IMG/VR virus record: IMGVR_UViG_3300000301_000004 | From: an uncultured virus (IMG/VR IMGVR_UViG_3300000301_000004) | Taxonomy: Duplodnaviria; Heunggongvirae; Uroviricota; Caudoviricetes | Strand: one strand, 5' to 3' | Length of the DNA: 20,000 nt | In this document: positions 8,802 to 17,629 of the stretch, piece by piece | Layout of the letters: each line of letters starts with the position of its first letter | Position numbering within the stretch: position 1 is the first letter of the stretch | The notes under the pieces: model-generated | The model's database searches: none | Told to the model about the DNA's origin: nothing | What the model saw: only the letters and a program-made list of their open reading frames with translations | Made by a program: the position numbers and the translations under genes

Positions 8802-10517
8802 ATGGAAGTCAGGAATACATTATATTTAAACGATCAAATGTCCCCTGTGCTAAATAAGGTTTTAGCCTCGCTTCGTCTTACTTTAACGGCATTAAATCAA
8901 ACGCCGGGCGAAGCGAGTCTATTTAAAGCAGCTTCGCGGGATATATCAAAAGCTAATGCTTTACTTAAAGATTTTAATTCTGATGTTAATCGTTCTCAGA
9001 ATTTAATTAAGGGGCTTGGCTTTAAAGATGAAAATCCTATTGGAAACGTATTTTCAAATGCAATGAATCCTTTAACAGAATTATTAGCTGGTGTGTATTT
9101 GTTGAAAAGTACCATTTCAGAAATTGGACGTGTAACAGATATAGGCGATGCCTTAATGTTAAATGCAGCGAGATTAAATATTATTAATGATGGTTTAAGA
9201 ACACAAGATCAACTATCCAGAGATATTTATGATTCTGCACAAAGATCAAGAGCTGACTATTTAGCTACAAGCCGAGTTATTGGTCGTATGGGTATTCTTG
9301 CAGGACACGCTTTTGCAAATAACAATGAATTAATAGCTTTTACTGAGTTAGTAAATAAGGCTTTCCTTGTTGGTGGTAGTACACCACAAGAACAAAAAGC
9401 GGCCATGTATCAGCTCACACAAGCTATGGCCTCTGGAAGATTGCAAGGCGATGAAATGCGTACTATTCGCGAATCTGCTCCTTTAATTAAAAAAGCTATA
9501 CAAAATTATATGGGACTTGATGATGCAGCTTTTAAAGAAGCACAAAAAAATGGGGAAATAACTGCTGAAGTAATTAAGAATGCAGTTTTTCAAAATGCTA
9601 CAGAAATTGAAAATAAATTTAATGAACTTCCTATAACATTCGGTCAAGCTATGACGATGGCTGGAAATAGTCTGCTAATTGGAATGGATGAAATATTTAC
9701 TGGCATTAGTACCAGCGGCGTAGGAATGATTCAAACACTTGTAGAAAATTTTGATATATTAGCTGGAATTTTAGGCTACATTGCAGGCGTTTCTCTTGTT
9801 ATATTAGTTCGTAATATTGCAGCAGCGCTTCCTGGAGCCGCTGCGTTGGCATTAAGTTTTATTGCTATGAATTGGCAAGTATTGCTCGTAGTAGCCGCCG
9901 TCGGAATGTTAATGAAATTATTTTTAGCTTTTCCGGAAGCTTTTGGAGTTATTATGGGTGGTATTAATGCAATGAAAACAGCCTTTATGAATTTAGTAAA
10001 AATGGTTGCCGATTATTTTATCTTACTATTTAATAACATAATTCTTCGAGGAATGAATTTTGTTTTAGATAAATTAGGTAAAGAAAAAATTGGTTATGTA
10101 AGTATGTTTGCAATGGAAGATGTGGGGGCTAGTTATAAATCAGGTTATGATTGGGGAATTAATTTTGCTAAAGATACTAACACTAAAATAGACGGTTTTT
10201 TAAATACCATGAAAAATACATTTAATCCAAACGGTGTTGGAGCTACTGGTGGAGTTAAAGCTAAACCTATTACAGATCTTGATACTGTTGGCGAAGTAAA
10301 AAATGTTAAAGGTGGTAAAATTAGTCTTGATGAAGATAGTATTAAGTGGATTAAAGAATCTCAGGCAATAGAATTTGTGAATAGGTATACTACAATGCGT
10401 CCAATTATGCGAGTTGTGTTTGGAGATGTACATCAAAATGCAGATGTGGGGCAAATTGCAGATGATTTGGCGGATATGTTTGAAAATGCCTATAATTTAA
10501 GTGTTGGAGAGGAGTAG
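8802..10517 (+). CDS. Tape measure protein
   Basis: AMYQLTQAMASGRLQGDE tape-measure domain and a hydrophobic central segment; position after the chaperone. Confidence 0.92.
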   Translation: MEVRNTLYLNDQMSPVLNKVLASLRLTLTALNQTPGEASLFKAASRDISKANALLKDFNSDVNRSQNLIKGLGFKDENPIGNVFSNAMNPLTELLAGVYLLKSTISEIGRVTDIGDALMLNAARLNIINDGLRTQDQLSRDIYDSAQRSRADYLATSRVIGRMGILAGHAFANNNELIAFTELVNKAFLVGGSTPQEQKAAMYQLTQAMASGRLQGDEMRTIRESAPLIKKAIQNYMGLDDAAFKEAQKNGEITAEVIKNAVFQNATEIENKFNELPITFGQAMTMAGNSLLIGMDEIFTGISTSGVGMIQTLVENFDILAGILGYIAGVSLVILVRNIAAALPGAAALALSFIAMNWQVLLVVAAVGMLMKLFLAFPEAFGVIMGGINAMKTAFMNLVKMVADYFILLFNNIILRGMNFVLDKLGKEKIGYVSMFAMEDVGASYKSGYDWGINFAKDTNTKIDGFLNTMKNTFNPNGVGATGGVKAKPITDLDTVGEVKNVKGGKISLDEDSIKWIKESQAIEFVNRYTTMRPIMRVVFGDVHQNADVGQIADDLADMFENAYNLSVGEE

Positions 10518-10523
10518 GATAAA

Positions 10524-11381
10524 ATGGTTGCACAATCCGGAAAAATAAGTGATACTACCACACTTCTTGAGAGCCTTTCTCCAAATTCGGATTCTATAAG
10601 TAGGGCTAGAGGCGATGTAAAGATATTTATTGTGTATAAAGGAGATACAGTGCAAATTCCTGTAAATCCTTCGGACTTAAAAATTGCTACTCCAGGAAAT
10701 AACAAAACTTATCCTATTGTATCATTAGGAGAAATAAATGTTTTAAAAAATCCTAAATTAAGCACGATTGGATTTAGTTGTTTTTTCCCAACAATAGAAA
10801 CACAGAATTATCCATATGTGCTAACAGGCAATTCAGAACAAACTTTTTATACTGCATTAATTAAGCAAATTTTAGATAGGCAAAATAAAGCACAATTTCA
10901 TGAACCTTCATTTTATGTAAGTTTATTTAGTAAGATTAGAGATAGCAAAGAACCTGTAAGGTTAATTATTACTGGACTTGCTGTTGGATTTAATAAGCTT
11001 GTATCTATTGAAAAATTCGATTATGATTGGAAGGAAGCAGATCCAGATCCATATTATGATATCGAATTTAAAGTTTATCAGATTTATGCAGTTAATAACG
11101 CTACTGTTGATGAAGATGGTACAATAACTGTTGATACTGGTGGATTAAGAACAGACGAATCCGAAGCTTTAACAATGGGGGATGAAGTAAGTGTAACAGG
11201 TACAATTTATAAAGATCCAGCTATGCAATTTGTAGATAGGTATGTTAAGAATAAAACTGGCTGTTACGTAAATCTTTTAGATTTCGATAATAATGGAGCA
11301 ATCCATATAACTGATAATGAAGATCGTTGGATTGGTTGGGTATCCGAAACAGCGGTAAATAAAATATCGGGTATACTGTAA
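10524..11381 (+). CDS. XkdP-like tail tube initiator / baseplate hub protein
   Basis: IPVNP, LGE.N.L, F.CFFP and IE.F.Y.....D.YY.I.FK.Y motifs; follows the tape measure gene. Confidence 0.75.
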   Translation: MVAQSGKISDTTTLLESLSPNSDSISRARGDVKIFIVYKGDTVQIPVNPSDLKIATPGNNKTYPIVSLGEINVLKNPKLSTIGFSCFFPTIETQNYPYVLTGNSEQTFYTALIKQILDRQNKAQFHEPSFYVSLFSKIRDSKEPVRLIITGLAVGFNKLVSIEKFDYDWKEADPDPYYDIEFKVYQIYAVNNATVDEDGTITVDTGGLRTDESEALTMGDEVSVTGTIYKDPAMQFVDRYVKNKTGCYVNLLDFDNNGAIHITDNEDRWIGWVSETAVNKISGIL

Positions 11382-12370
11382 TGAATATTTTATTAGCTGT
11401 ACAACTTCCGAATACTAAAGTTTTTGAAATTTCTCAAGTTGTCTTTGATATATCTTGGACAACGACATTGCTAGAACAGCCTGGAAAATTAAGATTCTCC
11501 GTACCTAATAATATTGAATTAATTTTAGAATTTGCAACCACAGTTAATTTAAGAATTGACGATATACCAATTTTCTATGGATATGTTGTTAATATGACAG
11601 CTTCTGAAGATACTATTACTTATGAAGCTGTTGATCAAGTTTTTTATTTAAAAAATAAAGAATCCTATGTCTTTTCCGGAAAGACAGCAACTCAGATTTT
11701 TAAAGCTATTTGTGAAGACTGGAAATTTACTTACAAAATAGTTGATGATTGTTCATGGGAAGTTTCTCCACGAGTTCATGATGGAAAATCCTTGTATTCA
11801 ATAATTAATTATGGCTATGATGAAGCTTTAGTGAATATACAAAATTGGTTTATTCTGAGAGATAATTATGGTACATTAGAACAAATCAGTTTATTATCAA
11901 CAAAAACAAACTACTACATTTCAGACGATTTAAATATTACAGGTTACAATTTTAAGAAAAACATTGACAGGGATTCATATAATCGTGTAAAATTAGTACA
12001 AGACAATACGAAAGAAGGAGTTCGTAAAGTTTATGTGGCTCAGGATGATGAAAATCAGCGTAAATGGGGCATATTGCAATATTACGAAAAAGTAGATAAA
12101 ACAGCAACAGAAAATCAAATCAAACAAAGAGGCGATGCTCTTTTAAAGGTTAAAAATAGGGAATTAAAATCTTTAAGAGTTGAATGTGTTGGTTTACCCT
12201 ATTCTTTTAGAGCTGGAAATTGGTTAACCGTTAAATTAGACCCTCTAACTAAAGCTGGTTTCGTTAATATGCAGGAATATATTGCAACAGATTGTTCGCA
12301 TACTTGGAAAAATAATGAGCACATAGTTAAATTAAATTTAAGTCAATATAGTTTGGATGTAGGTGTTTAA
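11381..12370 (+). CDS. Baseplate hub protein (XkdQ/YqbQ-like)
   Basis: PGKL.F, DQ..YLKNKESYVF, YN.VKL and KWGILQYYE motifs. Confidence 0.88.
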   Translation: MNILLAVQLPNTKVFEISQVVFDISWTTTLLEQPGKLRFSVPNNIELILEFATTVNLRIDDIPIFYGYVVNMTASEDTITYEAVDQVFYLKNKESYVFSGKTATQIFKAICEDWKFTYKIVDDCSWEVSPRVHDGKSLYSIINYGYDEALVNIQNWFILRDNYGTLEQISLLSTKTNYYISDDLNITGYNFKKNIDRDSYNRVKLVQDNTKEGVRKVYVAQDDENQRKWGILQYYEKVDKTATENQIKQRGDALLKVKNRELKSLRVECVGLPYSFRAGNWLTVKLDPLTKAGFVNMQEYIATDCSHTWKNNEHIVKLNLSQYSLDVGV

Positions 12371-12371
12371 T

Positions 12372-12764
12372 ATGGAAGATTCTGGAGTTGTTCGGATTCT
12401 AAGTATAACGCGAAAAATGGTAAAACAGAGAGCTCAAAGTTCCGATATGTCTGACTGTGTATACGGAACAGTGCTTTCTGTTTCTCCTTTAAGTGTACAA
12501 TTAGATTCGAGAACGACATTAGGTGAAAATCAATTAGTTGTCGGAGCTTTATGTAAGGAAACAATAATTAAGATTCCTTTTCCGGAAAAAGGACAAGTAA
12601 AACATAAACATCAAGCTATTCATAATGGTATGCACAATACCACAGAAGAGCTTCCTGAGATACAATTATGGCGTGGCTTGAATCCCGGCGACAGAGTTAT
12701 TTTAATTAGATTTAATAATGGACAGAAATTTTTAATTCAGCAAAGGGTGGAGGGAATACCATGA
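12372..12764 (+). CDS. XkdR/DUF2577-like baseplate spike protein
   Basis: GTV.SVSPL, an HKH motif and GL.PGD.VIL.R..NGQKF. Start may be GTG 12363 or ATG 12372 (AGGTG RBS favours the latter). Confidence 0.8.
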   Translation: MEDSGVVRILSITRKMVKQRAQSSDMSDCVYGTVLSVSPLSVQLDSRTTLGENQLVVGALCKETIIKIPFPEKGQVKHKHQAIHNGMHNTTEELPEIQLWRGLNPGDRVILIRFNNGQKFLIQQRVEGIP

Positions 12765-13162
12765 TACCCACAAATCGCAATATTATTGTAAATCAAATAG
12801 GGCAAAATGAAGTTACAAGAACCTATAAGGTTGATAATTATAATAAACGAATTATAGGCACAACAGATGGACAGCCAGCTATTGAACAAGCAATAATGAA
12901 AAATTTTGATACTGAAAGATATGCTTATGTTATTTATTCTAAAAATTATGGAATTGAATTAGAAAAGTATATCGGTAAAGATTTTGACTATATTCAAGCA
13001 GATTTACAGAGAGCTTTGGAAGATTGTTTATTAGCAGATTCTCGAATTTACGCTATTAGTAATTTACAGTTTACACAAGAAGGACTTGACTATATGTCAA
13101 TTACTTTAGATTTACAGACTGAGTCTGGTGTATTGCCAATAACTTTGGAGGTGAAAAAATGA
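12761..13162 (+). CDS. XkdS/DUF2634-like baseplate wedge protein
   Basis: AIEQAI.K...TERY.Y.IYS.NYG.EL and L.D.RI motifs. Confidence 0.88.
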   Translation: MIPTNRNIIVNQIGQNEVTRTYKVDNYNKRIIGTTDGQPAIEQAIMKNFDTERYAYVIYSKNYGIELEKYIGKDFDYIQADLQRALEDCLLADSRIYAISNLQFTQEGLDYMSITLDLQTESGVLPITLEVKK

Positions 13163-14325
13163 ATGTTTTAAGCGAATATCTGCAAAAATATACTTATGAT
13201 TATATTTTAACGGAAGCATTAAGCAAAGTTCCGGATAATGTTGATAAACGAGAAGGTTCGATTATTCGGGATGCTTTATCACCATGTTGTTACGAAGCCG
13301 CAAAACACATATTATATTTAGCTGATATTATCGAACAAACATATATCGAAACTGCAAATGGATTATGGCTTGATGGGCGTGTGATAGAAGGGGGTGTAAC
13401 TCGAGATCCCGCAACCTATGCTAAAAAATTAGGAGTATTTAAAACACAGCTGGATGAACCTTGTCAAATTTCTATTGGACAATCTTTTTCAACCGTTGGA
13501 GATACTATTTTAAATTATACCGCAGTACAGGTATATGTAAATGAAGATGGGGATGTAGTACCCGGAAGTTATATTATGCAATGCAATACTGTTGGCAGCG
13601 TGGGAAATAGTTATATAGGTAGAATCGTTCCTAATGATTATATTGAAAAGTTGGCAAGTGCTGAAATTACTACTTTACTTTATCCAGGAGAAGAAGAAGA
13701 ATCAGATGATTCTCTAAGAGAAAGATTTTTAGCTAATTTAATGAAAACAGCCTTTGGCGGTAATATTGCACAGTATCGGCAATGGGCTAAAGAAATTCCA
13801 GGCATTGGTGGTGTTCAAGTTTATCCTGTATGGGCAGGCGGAGGAACTGTAAAGTTAAGTATTATTGATACAGATTACAATTCTTGTTCTTCAGAATTTT
13901 GTCAAACTATTTTAGAAAAATTCGATCCGGAAAATTCTGGCGGGGAAACTGGATTAGGTTTAGGCATTGCTCCTATTGGCCATAAGGTAACAGTAAGCAC
14001 TCCATTACCTAGAACAATTAATGTATCCGGAAAAATCACATTATTGCCAGGATATAAATTAGAAACACTTTTGCCACAAATCAAATTGGCATTAGAAGAA
14101 TATCTTTTATCGTTAAGACAGGCTTGGGAAAATAGTGATGATGAAAATAATTACTCTGTAATTGTTTATCTTGGCAGAATTAATTTTGCAATTTTAAATG
14201 TTAAAGGTGTATCCAGTGCTTACGAGTTACAATTAAATGGAACTGATACCGATATTAGATTAACAGAAACGAGTTCTTTGCAGGAAATCCCTGTATTAGG
14301 GACGGTGAGTTTAGATGAACAATAG
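13159..14325 (+). CDS. Baseplate J-like protein (XkdT)
   Basis: DKREGSII.DAL.P, E.DD.LR.R, FGGN.AQY, V.PVW.GGGTVK and APIGH.VTV motifs. Confidence 0.93.
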   Translation: MNVLSEYLQKYTYDYILTEALSKVPDNVDKREGSIIRDALSPCCYEAAKHILYLADIIEQTYIETANGLWLDGRVIEGGVTRDPATYAKKLGVFKTQLDEPCQISIGQSFSTVGDTILNYTAVQVYVNEDGDVVPGSYIMQCNTVGSVGNSYIGRIVPNDYIEKLASAEITTLLYPGEEEESDDSLRERFLANLMKTAFGGNIAQYRQWAKEIPGIGGVQVYPVWAGGGTVKLSIIDTDYNSCSSEFCQTILEKFDPENSGGETGLGLGIAPIGHKVTVSTPLPRTINVSGKITLLPGYKLETLLPQIKLALEEYLLSLRQAWENSDDENNYSVIVYLGRINFAILNVKGVSSAYELQLNGTDTDIRLTETSSLQEIPVLGTVSLDEQ

Positions 14326-15232
14326 GTATGGTTTATACAGAACTAGAATTGGTCGTTATTTTCCTCGTTATTATGAAGGTATTTTAGAAACAGATGAATT
14401 AATTAAAGTTGAAAATGATATTTGGAATAACTTATATTTGTTATTAAATAAAGCAAAAAATAATCAATTTATTGCATACGCAGATGAAGATGGTATTTAT
14501 GCTTATGAACAATTATTCCAAATAGTTGCAGACCCTGAAACAGAAACATTGGAAGAAAGAAGATTTAGATTATTAAATAGGATACAAACATTATCTTATT
14601 ATACAATGATATATCTTCGGCAAAAATTAAATTCATTGTTTGGGGAAAATAATTATGAAGTAGAAATGGATTATTTGAACTATACTTTATATGTTAAAAG
14701 TAATGCTTCTAATTCTTTTATTTATAAGGAAAGTATTGCTACTATAAATAAAATAAAACCTGCAAACATTGTATTTATCAATGTTCCATTTATTCCAACT
14801 ACTATTGAAGTTGGCGAAGAAATTTATCAACAAAAATGGTGGTGGAATTATATTTTAGGTGGTAAATGGCGAGTAGGCCAAAAACCTTTTATAAGTGTTC
14901 AAGATTTATCAAAATTAAAATCCGAGGAGGTGCAATCATTGACTCCGTTAATGCTTAACAAATTAAAAACATTTACAGGGGAAGAAATAAAGGCAGTCCT
15001 TATAAATGATACTTATAAGATAACAACTTTTGTTCAAAAAATTATCACAGGTGGGTATTTAAGGATTCAATATAATGTTGAAAACTGGGAGCAAATACAA
15101 CTAATCACCAATATTAAATTTTTAGATGAGGATGATTTAATATTATCAAACGACCCTGTCTATATTCCTATTTCTTCAGATACTATGATTGAACATCGAA
15201 TTAACATTCGGGAGGTTGGAACAAATGGCTAA
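14315..15232 (+). CDS. XkdU/YmfQ (DUF2313)-like baseplate protein with a C-terminal extension
   Basis: NQF...AD..G...YE, ETLEERRFR.L and KPAN motifs in the first ~160 aa, then an additional C-terminal region. Confidence 0.82.
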   Translation: MNNRYGLYRTRIGRYFPRYYEGILETDELIKVENDIWNNLYLLLNKAKNNQFIAYADEDGIYAYEQLFQIVADPETETLEERRFRLLNRIQTLSYYTMIYLRQKLNSLFGENNYEVEMDYLNYTLYVKSNASNSFIYKESIATINKIKPANIVFINVPFIPTTIEVGEEIYQQKWWWNYILGGKWRVGQKPFISVQDLSKLKSEEVQSLTPLMLNKLKTFTGEEIKAVLINDTYKITTFVQKIITGGYLRIQYNVENWEQIQLITNIKFLDEDDLILSNDPVYIPISSDTMIEHRINIREVGTNG

Positions 15233-16136
15233 TAATATTGTTATGAAAATTACTGATTATATCGCTCATTTATGGCATGACACAGATAACGACATTGTAA
15301 TGGCTGAAAATGTTAATGGTTGGGAAAATACATTGCAACAGCATGCAGAATTTTTAAAAAGATTTTCTTGGCAACCGAATACACCATATCCTAAAAATTC
15401 TGTGTTACTTTATCCTTTTGGATTGCATACTAAATTAGTATCTAAAAATGCTGGTACAAGTGGAAGTAATGAACCAACATGGTCGGAAGCAAGTGGACAA
15501 GAAGGTTCCAGAACGATAACAGATAATGATATTATTTGGGAAGAACAACCAATTCAAGTATCTGCAGATACTACACCAATAGGAACGATTAAACAGCAAT
15601 TATGGAATAGCGCTCCTCCAGGATACTTAAAAATGACACAAAGTCATGTATTAAATAGATCAGAATATCCAGAATTGTGGGATTTTGTTCAAAAATATTA
15701 TCCTTTAACTTCTGAAGTTGAATGGCAAAAAATGTTAACATTAAATAAAACTTCTGTTGGCTATTTTTCAACTGGTGATGACAGTACAACTTTTAGAACT
15801 CCATTTATATTAGATTTTGGTCGTGGTGGAGAAAATGCTGGTTCTTTCTTTAAAGATCAGAATAAGCTCCATAACCATACGGCTAATATAAATACTACTC
15901 CAGCGCAAGGTTCTTTCCGTACTTGGAAGTTTGATCCAGTAGCTTCCGGAGTATTTTCATCTACCTATTTAGGACGATGGGCAAACAGCAAAAATGGTGG
16001 AGATGATGCCATGTGGCAAGTTAACTTTAATTTAGCAAATACATTAAATAATATTACTATTGGAAATTCTGGAGAATCTGAAGGATTTCCAAAACACGTT
16101 ATAATGCCTTATTACCTGAGAGTTTTAAATATTTAA
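15225..16136 (+). CDS. Tail fibre protein with tail-collar domain and switchable C-terminal tip (current orientation, 303 aa)
   Basis: ATG 15225 behind GGAGG. Collar-like PIGTI...PPGYL...R.EYPELW...FSTGDDSTTFR.P, then DQNK.H.H...PKHV..PYY tip. Contains the left inverted repeat. Confidence 0.85.
   Translation: MANNIVMKITDYIAHLWHDTDNDIVMAENVNGWENTLQQHAEFLKRFSWQPNTPYPKNSVLLYPFGLHTKLVSKNAGTSGSNEPTWSEASGQEGSRTITDNDIIWEEQPIQVSADTTPIGTIKQQLWNSAPPGYLKMTQSHVLNRSEYPELWDFVQKYYPLTSEVEWQKMLTLNKTSVGYFSTGDDSTTFRTPFILDFGRGGENAGSFFKDQNKLHNHTANINTTPAQGSFRTWKFDPVASGVFSSTYLGRWANSKNGGDDAMWQVNFNLANTLNNITIGNSGESEGFPKHVIMPYYLRVLNI
15844..15879 (+). repeat. Left 36-bp inverted repeat (putative inversion site)
   Basis: CTTTCTTTAAAGATCAGAATAAGCTCCATAACCATA is the exact reverse complement of 16409-16444. 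Confidence 0.95.
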
Positions 16137-16408
16137 TATTCTTAAATAATATGGCATAATTATATGCTTTGGATAAGCTTCTTCTCCACCTGTATTCACG
16201 CCTGTAGATTCAATTTTAATATCATGATTATGGTCGCCATTAAATTGTATAACTTCACGAGTATCACTTTTATGAGCGCATTCGCCAGCCCATGTACCAG
16301 TTCCAGAAAATACACCAGTTGTTCGACCCCAACTGCCCCCAACCTGATTTCCCGCAATGAAAGTTCCTCGAAGTCGTGTAGTTCCAGTCTTATTTCCAGT
16401 GGCCAAAT
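16125..16408 (-). CDS. Silent alternative tail-fibre C-terminal cassette (expressed only after inversion)
   Basis: In frame with the repeat-encoded FFKDQNKLHNH. Ends GGEEAYPKHIIMPYYLRILNI versus GESEGFPKHVIMPYYLRVLNI in the expressed tip. No evident RBS of its own. Confidence 0.88.
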
Positions 16409-16444
16409 TATGGTTATGGAGCTTATTCTGATCTTTAAAGAAAG
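16409..16444 (-). repeat. Right 36-bp inverted repeat (putative inversion site)
   Basis: TATGGTTATGGAGCTTATTCTGATCTTTAAAGAAAG; its outer end overlaps the AAAGGA RBS of the next gene. Confidence 0.95.
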
Positions 16445-16453
16445 GAATTAAAA

Positions 16454-17629
16454 ATGATAAAATTTAGAATATTTAAACAAAGATTGAGTTATTATGGAGA
16501 TTCTGAAGTTGTTGCAGATAGTAAGGGTTATTTAACATTTACACTTGAAACCTCTGAAGATTGGGCTAATTATGTAGGTAAGACAGTGCAATTTACCAAG
16601 AATGGAAAAACTTACAATGTAACCAACATTTCAGATGGCGTAGAATATCCAGTACCGTGGGAAGTTTTAGTTGGTGCAGGAATAATGCAGGTAAATGCTT
16701 TTGCCGTATCTATGGATAACAAAAGAGCAACAACTAATGAAATCGATATAGAAATTATTGATAGTGGGTTTAATGAGGATAGTCTACTTCCTGAAGATCC
16801 TACTCCGGATATATTTGAACAATATGTTCAACAAGTTCAGGAAAATGCAGATAAAGCTGTTAAAGCGGCTGATGAAGCTAAAAAGGCACAAGAAGCCTCC
16901 CAAAATATTAAAAATCAGATTGATGTAATTTATCAAAATGTTAAAGATGTTAAATCAGATATAGAAGATTTACTTCATCAAGTTCAGGAATCAACAAATA
17001 CAGCTTATCAATATGCAGAAGCGGCTAAAACTTCCGCAGAGGCGGCTAGTAAGTCAGAAACAGAAGCTGGACGTTATGCTGGTGAATCTAAAATATATTC
17101 ACAAAATGCTAAACAATCTGAAACAAATGCTAAACAATCTGAAACAAATGCTAAATTGTCAGAGGAAAACTCTAAATTAAATGCAGATAAAACACAAGCT
17201 AATACAGAAATAGTATTAAGCACCAAAGAAAGTATTGATACTATTTATGCCGATATTCAAGATCGACAAAAGGTTATTGAAGATTTAAATACTAATGTTA
17301 ACAATAAAGCAGAACAAATAAATATTCAATATAGTCAAATTGAAGAATGGTATAATGGATTTTTACAAGCCGCATCTTATTTGATTTTTACAGATGAAGT
17401 TAGCGAAGATTTATGGGCTTTAGAAGAAGATGATTATGTATTAACTTTAGAAACTTCAGGAAAAGCTATATTAAATATTCAAATATTAGAAAATGGTTTG
17501 TATACAAGAACTCCTTTTGTTGATATGGAATTTCCAAATGATTTAAGTGTTAAGCTTCGTTCTATTGCTCCCTTTGCTGGAAGGTTGTGCCTTTACGATT
17601 TAATGAAAGGTAGTGAAACTAATGTTTGA
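16454..17629 (+). CDS. BppU-like / coiled-coil tail appendage protein
   Basis: N-terminal beta-rich domain (F...EDW, VPWEVL, TTN, DPTPDIFEQ) followed by a long Ala/Glu/Lys coiled coil with NAKQSET heptads. Confidence 0.6.
   Translation: MIKFRIFKQRLSYYGDSEVVADSKGYLTFTLETSEDWANYVGKTVQFTKNGKTYNVTNISDGVEYPVPWEVLVGAGIMQVNAFAVSMDNKRATTNEIDIEIIDSGFNEDSLLPEDPTPDIFEQYVQQVQENADKAVKAADEAKKAQEASQNIKNQIDVIYQNVKDVKSDIEDLLHQVQESTNTAYQYAEAAKTSAEAASKSETEAGRYAGESKIYSQNAKQSETNAKQSETNAKLSEENSKLNADKTQANTEIVLSTKESIDTIYADIQDRQKVIEDLNTNVNNKAEQINIQYSQIEEWYNGFLQAASYLIFTDEVSEDLWALEEDDYVLTLETSGKAILNIQILENGLYTRTPFVDMEFPNDLSVKLRSIAPFAGRLCLYDLMKGSETNV
17104..17155 (+). repeat. 21-bp tandem repeat, about 2.5 copies (NAKQSET)
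   Basis: AAATGCTAAACAATCTGAAAC twice, then AAATGCTAAA. Confidence 0.9.

Noticed and set aside
6382..15232. Tailocin / PBSX-like defective element
   Set aside because: Portal, scaffold, capsid and neck genes are present and appear intact.
15657..15667. AGATCAGAATA, an 11-bp match to the core of the 36-bp repeat
   Set aside because: Short, AT-rich and in a different reading frame; probably chance rather than a third recombination site.
16125..16406. Minus-strand 93-aa ORF as an independent gene starting at TTG
   Set aside because: No RBS; the TTG is better read as an internal Leu of a cassette that fuses to the fibre gene on inversion.
16164..16451. 95-aa + strand ORF inside the invertible segment
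   Set aside because: Antisense shadow of the minus-strand fibre cassette, with no RBS and an atypical Cys/Ser-rich composition.
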